A model generated the notes under the pieces. The model was not told the DNA's origin and did not search any database. It was given only the letters and a program-made list of their open reading frames with translations. Source: Laetmonice hystrix (Eukaryota). Taken from it: DNA of 64,000 bases. Below, piece after piece: positions 13,890 to 28,776 of the stretch. Where the stretch lies: contig OZ249439.1 in assembly GCA_965235115.1 (NCBI GenBank), forward strand, positions 18,662,001-18,726,000, in the 5' to 3' direction. Numbering within the stretch: position 1 is the first letter of the stretch; every line of letters begins with the position of its first letter. The position numbers and the translations under genes are program-made.

Positions 13890-16800
13890 TTTTGTGGGAA
13901 AGTTACCACGGGGACCACCGTTCCGATCCATGTCAGTGACGTTCTGTCACCCGCAACCAACCTGGACCAACTCCTCCACAGACACTGACCAGGGCCCGCC
14001 TCTCGTCACCAGAGGGCACCCTCTCATCTCAGCCCCGGCCGCCGCACGCCGCCGCCATTTGTTGGCCAGGTGGGGGACGCCGCCGCTGAGAGACTTTAGT
14101 AGGGTAGCATGGGAGCCACGTGTCAGATGGCACCGCCATATCAGGCCGATCTAAGTGGTTCCAAATTTTAATTTTAAGGGATACAACATTCAGAAAAGGT
14201 TTATCCGGAAGATTTTCGTGATTAACATGCATCGTTCACATGACGTTTTCTTGAAAGTTGTCGAAATGGCTCTGACTGTTTTATTGTGGCTTACGAAGTA
14301 GAAAAAGCAAGTATCAAGGCAAAAGGTCAAGTATCGTATGATGAATCTCAGTGATTGGGAATGGTAGGTTTCCAGTGGTTCCTACTGGTTTTTATAACCT
14401 TCGTCAGGGGTTGATACACATGGTAGTGGTAGAGGGTTGTGATAAACAGTTTGTCACAGTACTATTGTTACATATAACCACTGTACCAGCTCTCTTTAGC
14501 ACCTATCAATCCAGGTTTCTGTATACGAGGGCTTGATGTGAAACGGGTGTGGTCTTTCTGTTGGCGTACAGTATTTCTGTACCATGAACGTGTTTGCCAA
14601 GTTAGGGTCAGTGAAGAATTGACATCTAGAGGGTGGAGTTGTTTGATAAATAGTAGAAGAGGATCAGGGGAGACCCTCTTAGTATGAGCAAAGGCTGGGG
14701 CCATTTAGAAATACTTGGGCAAAAAGCGTGAAATATATTACCATAACAAAAAAGAGATTGGAAACACATTACATTAAATGAGTAGCACCCGGAGGAAACG
14801 TGGAGAAAAATACATTTTAAAAATTCGGAAAAGCACAGGCGGAAAGCTCACCGGGGGACTTCGCTTGTGTGTTTTGGCACCACCTCTGGGTTCGCCTGAC
14901 TCAGCCAAGTCCTGCATCCTCCAGTATGCCATCAATTTAGAGCTAGGACTTTATTTTTACATACCCTGCAGTGCTACCCATGTCAGTGTTGCAAACTGAT
15001 ACTCCTCAACTCGTTGACGTTCTTGTTATACTCAGATTGAGACCCACCTATCACTACAGCCAGTGCCCGTTTGGAAGTCCCGGGAAAGGTTATCAAGACA
15101 GTTGTGCGTGTTATGTAAACTGTTGCGGATACCCAAGCTACTGTTAGAAATGTGCCACTGGAGGCAGGCCCCACACCTTGTGTCACGGTGTCAAATTGCC
15201 AAGTACGTCCTAAATATTTTCACGGCAACAGTTCACCTCCAAGTAAATTAACAACGTGTTGGCACAAGGTGTCAGGTCTGTGTCGTGAGGCCAAGGGCAA
15301 ATATTTTGCCAGGAGACCGTCACACAGCCCGTGTTAAGGCTGTGGCATAGAGAGCACGTTCGTGTGGTGACGGTCTGGGTACCATCTCCCACATCACCAG
15401 TGAAACTCGCTGTTTGATGGCGCCATGTCCTGTGACTGAGGTAGGCTGCCAGTGTCTGCAGACCATTCGTTTAGAGCATGGCCAAGTTGAATTACGAGGT
15501 AAATCATTCGCCTGGCATCGTTAGGATTTCTTTTAGATGAGTTGATGTCCTTGTGCATGTCTTATGCAGGGCAAGTAGCAACATGATGTTGTTCACGTGA
15601 ACATTACGTTATCAGGATTTAATGATGGATTTGACATTCTTTATTCCTGTCTGTTTCCCAACGACCGGTCGATTTCGTTAGATCACCGCATGATGTGACT
15701 GAGCAGATGCAATGTTCCTGGTTTATGTGATGAAAGGGAAAACCGTTTGGAACGCCTAAATTTCCTATTAGAAACTTTGAATGAGACTGATCGGGGTCAA
15801 ACTAGGTCATCAGCAATAAATTGGATCTTTAGTATTTGACCGACGCAACATTTAACCAACATGGGTTCAGTGACGAGTCTTAATTTCAACACCTGCTATA
15901 AATGACAAGTCTGAGCTTAGAACTGCATTTATCTTGATGAACCCTTTCAGCAGGCTTGCTCCCCAGGGTAGATACCTCTCAGAACCACTTAGTGCAGCTC
16001 TGCCCTCCGAAGATGGGGGCCAGATATGCGATGCAGCACTAGAACCTATTGAATCTAAATGCGACCATCGAGGGAAAAGGCAAGTAATATAAAGAGAAAC
16101 AGTAACTGCTACTGCGGAAGATGATGTACACTGTCGACTTTCTCTGTCAGCATCCGTCCAAATCCCCCTTGGTCCACAGAGGACAAAATAAGGGGAAGTG
16201 GGAACTGTAGTAGCAGGCCAAAGCATGGTGAAGGCCTGGGACACACAAACCGAGTCTCAGGATATTAAATAAAAAGGCCAGCAAGGAGTCACGTATCAGT
16301 TGATGGCCTGTTTGCTTCAGGAAACCTACGCTGGAAAGATAGATTGGGCCATCATAGCGCTTCCACTTTTTATACCTGTGATTTATGATGAAAGTTCAGC
16401 TTGATTTCATCATGGCTGCTGGCCACATGGTACAGATCTGTTTGGAGAAAGAACGAAGTGTGTTTGTCGTGCGGACAGACTTATCTGACTGCACGGACAT
16501 ACGAGTTTTCATAAGTAGGTTTCTGTGTTCTGTAATTGGCATTGATTAGTGACAAGAACTGCCTCCTAAGATCTGAGCATATCTTGCCAGGGTTATGTTG
16601 TCCAAATTTACACCCATTTTCTCTTCTTCCATCTCAAGAAATATGGGGGTTGTATTGTAGTTACGGATAAAAGGGCCCATTTATTGCCTCTGTCAGGTAG
16701 AAATGGCTTGGTGCTTTGCAGTTCCTTCTTTCCAGTGTGTCAAAACTCTTCAGGCGCCAATATTCATAGCCCCAAGAGTTATTACAACATCAGAGAAGGG

Positions 16801-19800
16801 GGAGTATTGCTTCCATATCAATGCACACTGCCTATTAGTTCTACAGTTATTGGTGCAGGTGGGACGGGGAGAGTGATAATTTCTTTGTGTGGCTTGTGCC
16901 GGAGACATGCCTGATGTAGGAGCATATTGGAGATCAATTCTGAAGGCAGGAAGTCAACTGCATGGGTAGGCCAGCCATGTTTGCCTTCACTCAGGTGCAG
17001 GAAGGCCACCACACGCAAAAGAAAATGTCGACATCAGCAGGCTGACCTCTAATAAACTGCCCCGCTAAATCGGACTATTCGGGACCCTACTAAAGCCAAA
17101 GGGTCGCGTTTTCAAAATGGATTAAAATATGAAAACTGCAATTTCAAAGCTTCAGTCTGTCCATGCAATAGTGAAAAGCGGGGCTGGGCGATTTGTTGGG
17201 TTTAATGTGATCAAACAGCGTAAGAGAAAGATACGCAAGCAGGTAGGATTTGCAGACACGCAGACATGGACATATGTCAAGGACCGTTAGGTGAATGCTA
17301 GTATCTGCAGGTCGTTTTGTGGTCCATGGAATAATCTGCATAGAGAAGACTTCAGGGGACGGTGATAGAAAGAGGGGGTCGTTGGTAGACTAGGCCATGT
17401 ACAACAAGGATACCATTGATTGAAGTGTACACCGTTTGGCTCAGAAACGGCCTCGCCTGCTTTGATGGGAACCAACTTAATGTGACGCGATGGGCAGTGG
17501 CTGGCGATGGTAAAGTCTGCCAAACCATCAATACCTCCGCACTGCATACCCTCACCAGCTACGTTCACGGAACGAGGAGGTATACTTAGACTCATCATGT
17601 TCATCGTCATCAGCAGCAGTAGCAGTAGAAGCAGCCAGCAGCGGCTTTGGCACGGGAAGATGAAAGGACGGAAGCCAAAGGGAAGGAACAAAGACGTTTC
17701 ACTATTCTTTACCCTTCCCTAATATTTCCTAGTTTGTAAATCTTTTAAGAGCGATCAATCGGCCGAGAACATTGCTCAGCCTAATGGGATACGGAGTGCC
17801 CCTGGCTGTCTGACATTTACAGTTGGGCACCTTAAAATATCGACAGTACGGTACTGAGGACAGGTCCACGCCAGGTACAGGGCACAGCCAAGGCCTTACT
17901 GTTAATGGGCAGTGTCATATGTGAAGGCGTGTCCCCTGAAACTTGATCAAGGTGACTCTCTCCCTAAAACCTTTAGATATCTAGAAGATACGATTCTTTA
18001 TTTAATCATCTCCATAAGTGATAAATATAACTCGAGCCGTAACGTCGTGAAATCAGTGATACGAGCAGTATCTGAGATACCTCCAGACGCCATTAAACAG
18101 GACTTTGAGTTCTGTTGTTGGATACCGGTCCACACAAGAGGACTTGTGGTTCTTGACTACAATTTGGTAGCAGCTGATTACATGGTGACAACAATTGTAT
18201 ATGTTATGTTGATGTCGTATAACTAAGTTCACAGACAGCTGTTAGCCTCCAAGTACTACAAGATTCACACTTCCATGTTGGCGTACTCCAACAAACGTGG
18301 CGTACACCGACCGATTGGTTCCCGTAAACCCCTCGAGGTTCATTCGATCTGCCAGGGAATAGGCTCGACCTCAAAGTAAACAAACGAATGAAATAGGAAG
18401 TGTAAAGTTAGATTCGGTTTAATCCCTCTGCAATAACACGAGGAGTCAACTGATGTCCCGATGGACCAGATGTATAACAAATCCAAATGACTAACACTCC
18501 CTCGTAACACTCATGTATATTTACAGGGTAAAGTAAGTCTCAATTACGACACCATTCCAGATATTGCTCCCCTCACTTGATGCCGTTCAGCAGTTTGAAA
18601 TATTTAGTTAAAAATGGAAGATAAGGAAGGGTCAGATATGCAGTCCTGTTTGACGATGGAAAGTGTGCAATCAATTAAAATAGGACCCTGTTGGTTCTCG
18701 CTTGCTCGGTAATGGTGATAGTTTGTCTTTTGTCAGCTATTTGTTTGTTCTCTCTGTGTGCTCGGTTATTCATCCACAATCCCAGACACTTCCTTTCTCA
18801 ATAGTTTGTCCAAGAATTCATCCAAAGTGGTCCTCGCTAGGATGAAGGAGGAGCCAATGTCAACAGCCCGAAATCTCCCGAAGCCAACCGATGCCCAGCA
18901 AGGAAATAGATTAAGATCTTATGTTGGCAATTTGCTTTTGCTGCCGTCTTTAGCCGCCGTTATAGGCCAGCGTTCATTTCCTTAGCACGGACGAAAGGTG
19001 ACAGCCCAATGGCCAGGTCTGGGAAATTTACCATTTCTTCCTGCCACAGATGGAGCAGACTCTATTTCCTGGCAAGGAGATGCATATCGGCAGCTGAGAA
19101 ATTAGACAATCATGTTTGGCAGGGAGAGGCAGAGGGACTTCCTGCTACCGTCGCCACATGATAGCCGAGCCCATGATCAATACTGCGATAGATTTCATCG
19201 TAGCTGAGGCTAATTGATGCCCAATATGCATGCTTTCACTACATCAATAAACCGCAGGTCTGTTGGTCTTTTGACTTCCCACACAGCGGGATCTTATGAC
19301 TGCGGAGCCAGAATCATGACAAATGATGTATTCAACAGTGCAGGGTCATAGCGCCATAACGTCTGATGAATACTATGATCACACTGCAAAGAGGGGGTTG
19401 TCCAAGTGCACACCGCTAACTTTATAGTGAAGGTCTATTGATTGTCATTGATTGCCTATAACTCTATCGGTCTGAGCCTTGTCATTTAGAAGGCGATGAG
19501 CAGGGCGAGCGCTGGATGAAGTCGCTGGAGTTACCGTCTGGCGGCCGGGTCAGTGCCATTACCAGTCTAACTGTCGCCAGGCAGCTGGAGGATGAAAATT
19601 AATGTCAACGCAGCTGGTATGGCATATAAAATGGAGCAGGAAGGATTTGGAAATAGAAAGATCATCTCTTGAGGCCCACGTGCTTGTATGGAATTCATAA
19701 GAAAAGGTTGCACAGAAGATTGATCATGGACTTGTTCCCGAGGCGAGTTGGTATCGTATCTGTCCTACCGTCTACTCCCAAGTTTATTGAAATGGTTTGA

Positions 19801-22800
19801 AAGCATATATGATTATTTCTTGTAGTACACTGGAATACGAGAGTAGACCGTAGTCGGTGATCAAGAACCAGTGCTTGCAGCATACAGTCTTGCGTTTTGT
19901 CATGCGTTTTCTCGTTTTAATCAGAAACGGTAAGATTATTAAACGTCCAGCATAATTGACAAAATCTAAAAGGGACAAATTAGATAGATTAGATAAATTG
20001 TGTTGGTTATTTTTAGAGTGGTGGTTAATTAAGGCGGGATGTGTTTTTAGGCGGATTGCTAGCAGCTGATGATAGTAACTGGCCGTGATGATAGTGGTGT
20101 GTGGCCTTGTTCTGTTTACCTGCATACAATTGGTGTGTTTCATGCATTATTCATAGACAGTTCCGTCGTAGGATGTTAACCTGACTTTAGTTACCTTTCA
20201 CACTACATTAGCAGACAACCACCAGAGGGAGCCTTCATTATTACTCATGAGGTACCTGAGGGAGCATTCGTTATCTGCAACAGTAAGTTTGCTAATGGCA
20301 ATATGATCTTGAGCCACGATAAGGTGCTTGTGTTGGTGAGGGCCGCCGGGTTGGGTGGGAAATGGGCGAGGTGTGCCCACAGGAGGCATGCCACGGCCAA
20401 GGGTCCCTCCAGGCGGTGCCATGGAGGGTCCCCACAGGAGCGCCAATCCATTCCATGAAGGACACATTTTCTCTTCTTTCCAAACATATTTCTTAATTAA
20501 GCACAGACCCAACGCCTCCAGCTACCACATTGGAGTATTCTCTATCATTTTGACAGTGGCCACGCTCAAGAAAGCCTCAGAATGGCTGAAGGCAGTCATT
20601 ATTGGCTTGAAATATTTTTTTCAGTCTACTTTTCTCTCATCTGCGTTTTCCCGTGCAGAACACAGTTCCAAGCCGTCTTGTTATGAAACGATCCGAGGAT
20701 ATTGGGAGTTCGATTTCGGAAGTGCAATGCAGCAAACACTGATATTAATTAATGGGATCCCAGGTTGTTTTTTTCTCCGAGAATAAAACTTGTATGAAGA
20801 ACCTGTAAGTTTGCTCTCAGTGATCCATGAAGAATTGGCGTTTCGTACGCCAAATGAGAAGCTTCCAGGTCATTGTTGCTATTCTGAGAAGGATGAAGAT
20901 AGGCAGGGCGTACAGACATATCTGGCTGCCCAGGCTATTGCATTTTAGATGATGTTGTTCATGTCTTAACGGTGACCCAGATGTGGGGTTGCAGCATTAA
21001 GGGAGGGCTGTAAGCCGGGGCTCACGATGAAGGCATAATGGGGCAGTTACATGGGGCGTCCTCGGCCATCAACCTTCAAAGCTCAAGTTTTGAAGGTCAG
21101 TGATGCCTCACCTCTGCCCTGACCACAGCAGGTCAGAGGAGGGCACCGAAGCTTACTAAGCGTCTCTCAATAAATAGAGAACTGAGTTCCTGGCTATTTC
21201 TCCTGGGTTGCCGTTTCGTGAATTTCTGAAATTATGTAAAATAAGAAATAAATTTCTTTGTCTTTCGACATGATATTACAAATTATGTACATGTATGTAG
21301 GTCTATGCTCTCTCTCATCTCGTTTTTGTCCCCTTTATAGGGTTGACAACCTGTTTCCAACCTATTTTGTAACTGTAATTGGGGAGATATAAAAAACGCA
21401 CGGGGTAGAGACACTCCAACCCACATGTATAATCGCCTTGGTACGGCCATAATGGTAGTAATTGGATTTGCAATTCCTCGAAGGTATTTGGAAGCAAGCT
21501 CAGTTATACCTGGCTTCTATCGTAAAGTGGTAAAGGAAAATCAATACTTGACAGTGCCACACTATAATGAGGTGCCTTCTATTCTCATCGTGAAAGGCGC
21601 GGGGTCGGAGAGAAATTTGGCAAGCCGTACCGGTAGGGCTGTTTGGGGGTGGACGGACCTCCTTGAAAGTTACTCCCCTCAACCCCCACCCACAAGAACC
21701 TAGAAAGTCAGAAAATGCTTAAACCTATTCTACATCAGTTCGATATTATTTTTTTCTGGACAAAAATATATAAACCTGTTGGGAAAGGCCAATGTATCAC
21801 CTACGCTTTTTAACCAAAACTACACCCTCTTTGATAACTTATCGACTGTTTAAGTTAATTTGCAGTTGGATATCTGACAGATATAATGAAATGTAACCGG
21901 TATTAGTACGAGATTGGAGGGAACTTTAAAAGAAACTTGATAAACTGGGATAAAAATGCAGATAATCACACTTTGGTGTAAATAATGTGTAACTAATACA
22001 GGTTTAAAAGTGATGAGCAGGAAATCCCTTCTGCCCGTATTTGAGCATCTTAAAGTTAGTAAACCAGGAACAATGACTGTTCATTTCCCATGTCCTCCCA
22101 CATTGATGAAGTAGAGACAGGAAACGACAGATTTTACACCGAATCAGATTCAGTAGTGGTCATGTTTCATCATGTTTCATTTCCGTGCAGAAGTTGGAGG
22201 AAGCCGATAAAAACTAAAAGGTTAACGGAATCGAGAGGGACTCTCAGGTAGTCAATGTAAGATGAGGTTGTTGTCACAGTTGAGAGAGGCGCGAGGCCCG
22301 AGCAATAAGATGAGAGAGTCAGACAGGACAGACAGCGACCGGCCACGTGTAAGGGACGTGTAAAGACTTGTAGTTTAATTACATCGGCAGGCCAAAGGTT
22401 TGCTGATTTATTGGTGCCGGCAGAAGTTTAAAATTAGTGTCGTCTGACAAGATTTTTCGGCTCAAAAGGAATCGGTGTAAAATCAAGGCACGAAAGTGCT
22501 GTTTTTGCAGTCCTAGTTTGAAATCCCAGTATTTTCTACACAATACACTAGTCTTGTGTAGGAACCTGATCGCTGGAGACAATCAGTATATTGTTGGTGT
22601 CGCTAACCTACCTCTGCGATGTGCCGTTGTTAGTAGTAGTGGTAGGAGTCTACATGTACACAGTGAGAATCTATAGACACCACCCACCACGTGCATTGAT
22701 AAAACGGTCATTGATCATGTATGGAAGTGTGCTCTAAACATTGACGGAGACACGAGCAGGGCACTCGGGATAGTGAAGAGGGTACAGCAACCTACAGGTC

Positions 22801-25013
22801 AACCGTCCATATCTGGGTGGAAGGAATGGGGCATGTGTAAGGGAAACGGCCACCCTGGTCCGTAAACTGCTCAACGTACCCTGGGCAGGCCTGCTGGGAG
22901 CACCGAATTGACACACATGAGGAAATATATTGACTGTTGGTGTCAAGGTTTGGGCCACGATCAATGTTGGATGTACCGAGAGAGGCAGGCAGGGAGAGGG
23001 TGATCCATGGCAGGGTATGGAGGCCATCAATTTTTATGGTGATCCCTGGAATTAGCACAACCATTACTTCACAGCATGGAGGGTCTGCAGCCCGCCGTCT
23101 CGGGCCCAGTGAAGCCAGCGTAAAGTTATAGAAAGATGTTCCAGTCACAAATAGTATATTTACACTGGAATTGTTATCAAATGAAACACACACAATATAT
23201 CATACTTCTGTGTCAGAGTATTTTTAACAATCTGACCGTACTCCATACTTCATTAAAGGTTCGGTTAAATGATTTTACAATATAAATAGTTATTACTTAG
23301 TACCATACTGTTAAACTTTGTAGAGGTTGGTAACATGTTCCAGTAGGCCAAGGTCCTGCTTCCTTACAATGACCCGCCATCAGCTCTGGTCTTTACATAA
23401 TGATATTTTGATGAGCTAAAAAACTGATCCCAGTACATGTGCTTTTGGCAGCATAAGATTATGTGGAAGGAATGTGCCAGACAGACTGACCTTCCATAAT
23501 GTCTGACAATTATATATCTGCGGTACAAGGAGATGAAGTGCACGTTACACTCAGAGATTGTAACCCTAAAGTACACGGACCCACAGACCGTAAAGAGATG
23601 AGAATAGTGTCACACGTTACGTGTTTTTCACATCCCTGATTGAGTATCGTCATCTTACGTAGCGTGATGGATGGCTATTAACATTGAGCACTGGGTGGGG
23701 CCATGGCTATTCAGTGCAATCTTAGATATTAACGCTGAGGAGATGGTGCCTCCGCTTTAAGAGATGACAATCTAGATAGTACGATGGAATGTTAAGTTTA
23801 TCACAGTTTTTTCTCCCGCTGTTTTAATGGCGTCGGCCGGAGAGATATTGTGGGCGCGGATAGATGACTACCCGGGGCTGTCTTGTGTTAACAATCCGCT
23901 CATGCCGATAGACGTCAGCCTTAAACACAAAAGGACCAGTTGTTGGATCAACTGAGGATGTTGGATTATCCTATGACCAGCTCAGCACGTATTACTGCAG
24001 ATCAAACATATTGATCCAACACTACATCAATCTAACTTCCCATCAGACCCAAGTCAATGTCAGTGTGACTAGAAGAGCTGTGCTGTCTGTCAGGACGAAT
24101 CTCATCACAGCTCATCATCGGCCTTGTCATTCGTAAAAAAGAAATCGATGCGCAAACTCAGCCGCTTTTCTCCTGGTCCTCCTGGTCTACTCTAACAACA
24201 CCGTGGTCTCCAGACACTGTGCTCATCGAGCAACGTGTTCTAGTCCTCAGACAACGCCTAGGACGGTAGTCATTCAAATGGGAGCGACTTACATGACTTT
24301 CAGGTCTAAACAGGTGAAGGATTGCACGCAGTGACCCACTAACATATGGGATACATCTGAATGTTACTGGAGAGCGTATACTACGAGCACAATGTATACA
24401 GTGCCATGGTCGCCTTGAATTTAAGACAAGTATGACCGTCGGATCCACCTTAGCGTGAACTCGGCGACCTCACATCATGGTTCCAACTGTGGTTCCAACG
24501 GTATCCAGGCGGAGTTCCTTACTGGAGGTTACTGTGGCACGCTACGACATGGAAACTATTCTCTGAGGAATGTACTGATAGTAGTCATGAGAGTGACATT
24601 CGCTATTGGATGCAATCATCAGGCTAATCAATACGTCCATACAAAGTACTGTTTGCTCACCATACACCTTACTTTATGTCAGTAACAGATAAGAAAGAAA
24701 GGGAGAAGTACCTAAGACCAAGTTAGAAGTTTCCAGATTCCATATATTTTATTTACATGTGGTTACTACATCCTTGCCGAGATGGTCGCCCCGCCACAGT
24801 TTCCTGCCATGCGGTGACATTCTCCTACCACCAGGAATAGAAAACTCACGGCCCTATACCGACGACACGTGTGCATCTGTCCCATCGATTCCAGTCATAT
24901 ACGGAACTACCCCCTGAGTCCTGTCGACCAGCACTGTTTCTTTCCTTTTCCTTTTCCTGTTTTTCTTGAATTATCAATGCATCACACTGGTAGATAAACT
25001 GTTATTTTTTTTA

Positions 25014-25023
25014 TGATTGACAG
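25014..25023 (+). promoter_or_regulatory. PBX-MEIS/PREP decamer TGATTGACAG
   Basis: Exact match, 3.8 kb upstream of the teneurin ATG. Confidence 0.4.
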
Positions 25024-25405
25024 GCAGCCTACTAGCTATTGAGACTAATGTTTTCTTCTTCAGACCGCGTTTTATTCAAATGTTATTTACATCTTTAAAA
25101 AATCCATATACCAGAAGCTTTCCAATAACCCCCCCCCCCCCCCCCCCCTCCAAATTCTGGTGTTGTAAGGCAGTAGCAGTAACAGCAATAACAGCAGCTT
25201 GCTGGCTTGGAGGTAAACCTATGAACGTATAATCCATATGTCCTGAAAGCGCCACACCCCCGGCAGCTGTTATATATACCTGGTAGACATGTCAAATGTA
25301 ACATTGCTGTCAATATCTTATCCTCAAGTCATCTCCCACCATATGCTGGATATATTCGCATCTTAAAAAAGGCTGACCGTTGAAAAAGCCTGTGGTCACG
25401 GACCC

Positions 25406-25488
25406 GTATGTTTGTCCGGGACGCGGCTACTGTTTGTCCGGGATACGGGTACTGTTTGTCCGGGACACAGGTACTGTTTGTCCAGGTA
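25406..25488. repeat. Short 22-bp tandem repeat (about 4 copies)
   Basis: Variants of gtactgtttgtccgggacacag in tandem. Confidence 0.9.
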
Positions 25489-26888
25489 TAAACATATTAG
25501 TGGATATCAGGAGTAATGGGGTTCTTATTGACCTTTAAATACGCCTACTGCTATACAATTATTGTCTGCCAATGGTTTTTGTGTCTACCCAACTCTCCCT
25601 TGCCAATAAAGGTATAAAGGTTGTAGTGTGTGTCGGTAAGTGATGAAAAGTTATCTTTAACTGACAGTATTGTCTTTAAACAAAAGAGAATTGATAGTCA
25701 TTGGCGTCAGAAATGGATAAGTAAGATAATGTTAATACCGGTATGAGCGAAGCTATCGCCTGATGATATAACATACCAGCGGGTAATAAAGCCTAGGACA
25801 GTATATCAAATACTGAGGCTGATGACACTTTACTTCTTTCATTGCCTGTCGACCAGGCAGTAAAGGTCATAGTAATATCCCTGGAGACAGAGGCTTTATT
25901 GTTATTGGTTCAGCTCTTGGAGCCATTGCTCGTTCACCAGCCAGCCACACACCATACGAACTTGTCTAGTATGATATCGTTTCCTATTGGTGTTGGTAGC
26001 GCTGGGTCTTCCAGACTGAAGTTGTCAAGGATAAGGCACACTGTGCGGTATACCAAGGCTACTGGGATATCGTCGACTTTATAACGGGTATTCCCTCCTG
26101 GAGTCCTAGAGTAGAGTTTTTACCTCCAGACTTATTTGTCCCGGAGATCACAGAAAGGAATCCTATTAATGAGGCACCACGTGGGAAGTCAATGTCACCA
26201 GTCTGATTTCATTGGCAGGAAAATAAAATGAGTAAAATAAGGCCATGAATCAATCATCAAGTTGATGGTTCAAGTTTGACCTACGATGTGGTCAGGATGA
26301 GAGGATTAACATGACCACTTGTACTTGGGCAAGCACTGTCAACTGATATACATTACCACGGGTCACATCCAGCATAAATTTGTACAAACTGACCTTTCCC
26401 CCTGAGATAGACCTGTTAAATGGTCGTGACTAACATGGACCATCTGGACGATGGTGACCCCCTGACAGAGACCTCACGGTGGGTTCAAACTGACCGCTGG
26501 TCATCAAGACGGTCAGCGCCAGGCTCTAATTGGTGCCACATGTTGTCCAGTCTTGTATGTCTTCATCCGAAATCACATCGGAAACCGAGCAAATCAGGTG
26601 CGTGAAGAGGAGCTATGTTTACTAGGAAATACTCTATTTAATATCGGTATTTAATAATAGGCCCATATCGCAACATTCACGGAAGGAGAGTCAATGGGAA
26701 TGACAATTCTTAGTAAAGTCCAGTTTCACTGTTCACACACTGTTGAACATTCCTAAAGTTACGATCAGTTGGAAGCAGATGCTGTTGCCCGATAGCTTTG
26801 TTTGGGCTGTGTCAGGTAGGTGAGCGGTTACTGGAGCCAGGTGAGACCCGAGTGTCTGGGTACCGGGAGGCAGGGGGTAAGATGAAGA

Positions 26889-26898
26889 TGATTGACAG
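26889..26898 (+). promoter_or_regulatory. PBX-MEIS/PREP decamer TGATTGACAG
   Basis: Exact match, 1.9 kb upstream of the teneurin ATG. Confidence 0.4.
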
Positions 26899-28650
26899 CT
26901 TGTTGGTGGTTGTCGTGGAGACAACAGTGGAGTCTGCTACATGGTAAGACGACCACGGCCAGGGTGCCATGGGGGGCGGACAATTTAGAGAACAATGCCA
27001 TCTCGGCATGGTTGATGGCCAACTCAGCCCTTGGTTCTTTGAAAAGAAAAGATGAAAAAATAGCGTATCAGTATGATAATTACCGTATATGAAACCCATC
27101 GGTAACACGAAGGGAGTGAGGATTGTGAGGGGCGGCTGATTGGTGATAGTTGATGGTGCTGCAGAAATAGCGCTGAGAGTTGAGAAAGAGGTGGGGTTGA
27201 GTAGCTGTACAGGGACAGGCTCACGTATGTAGTGTGGTTTCAACTCGAGTCCCGTGACTGCAGGGTGATATCTGGAGACAAGGAATCGGATCAGGACGTC
27301 GTTGTGCTGGAAGCCTTCTTACGGCCCACTAATGAGGCCCGCAGGGCTGCAACGGAAGGCAGCATGCATTATACCCTTATAATTAGGGCATTATCTTCAG
27401 TAATGAGTTCCTATGGCCATCAAACCAGAATAACCTGGTTCGGTGCAGAAACTGAGCCTGGGCCGGCGTCGGCAGCGGATGTTTGTGTCAGTCATCCGGC
27501 CCCAATGAAGAATGCGAGGCCGAGTTTATCACTAAGCCCTGATCTCCACAAGAAAGTACATAGCTGTACCCAGGGGACTTCAGCAGCGTTATTTCTAGAA
27601 GTCAATCTTTAAGGTTAAATCCTCACTTATACCGTCTTGTACATGCCGTCATCCCGTTCAGGGACATATTCCTGGGTGATGGCTGTCAGGAGGAACCGCT
27701 CGACTTGAGCAGTTATATATTACAAGTGGTTAACGTCAGCTGACGGAATAATACCCCGCTTTGTGAAGGTGTGACACGACTGATAATAGGAACACGATGA
27801 CCCAATCTAATGTACCATTACGTAACTGTCTGACAGGATCTCGGTGTACGCAGTGGGAGGGTATCGTGAAGGTCATGACCAACGTGGGGGGGGGGGGGGT
27901 GGAACTCAGTCATAGGGTACTTCCCAATGGCATAATATTATACATGGGCATGTAACATTATGAGGCAAGCAGTATTTAACCCCCTACAGTTTGTATTGAT
28001 GACAGAGGACCAAAAGTTAAAGGCAGAACGTCAGTGAAGTAGTCAGCAAGTGATGAATGAGGGAAACGATTTCCGACATCTGCAATTGTAACATTTAATC
28101 GCTGCACGACTTTCAAAGGTTTCTGTCACAGAATGGGCACATCTTTAGTGGAATTTACATAAGGAAATACGTACTTGCTTTGATCATTTACGTTTACATT
28201 AGGTCTCAGGAAAGGGGTTTAGTATCTCGCTTCTGGAGTCTAGCCTCGAGAGCAGTGCAGGCACGAAGGAATACGTTTGAAATTTATGGATATCTTAATT
28301 ACAAAGAGAAGATCACAGGCAGACCATTAGTACAGTCATCAATTACAAATGAACTGCATTTTAATGAATTATCACGAATATAAAAATGTCTCAGTTGTTG
28401 GCGTAGATATTGCCTGTTGCCCATGCCAGTATTATAATGTACTCATCATGTTTGTTTTGTATGTTGTAGTTGAAACGTGTGAGGACATGGAGTGACGAAG
28501 AGAAACCTGACATCTCAGCACGCTGGAAGAAGAGAAAATGTAATAGTTGACCAGAAACTCCTACTGTCAGCGCCGTAGACTGTCGCAGCCGCCGTACACC
28601 CAGTTCCAGGAGTTAACAGGCAACGTTTTCATTCATGCCCTGCTATGAGG

Positions 28651-28776
28651 CACTGACAGGAACATCACGGATGTCTTTCATCCTCAGCCTCTGCCACTTA
28701 ATGCCTCGCTCTGCTTTATGTAATTAAGCATTGAGAGGATTGCGAGAGGTGGGGAGTGGTGCTCGCCAGCCAAGCC
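28651..28776 (+). promoter_or_regulatory. Probable 3' splice site and 5' UTR with upstream AUGs
   Basis: CACTGAC branch-point-like motif at 28651, then tctttcatcctcag| (AG at 28686-28687). uORF ATG 28701 to TAA 28727 (MPRSALCN*) and an ATG-TAA at 28718-28723. Confidence 0.45.
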
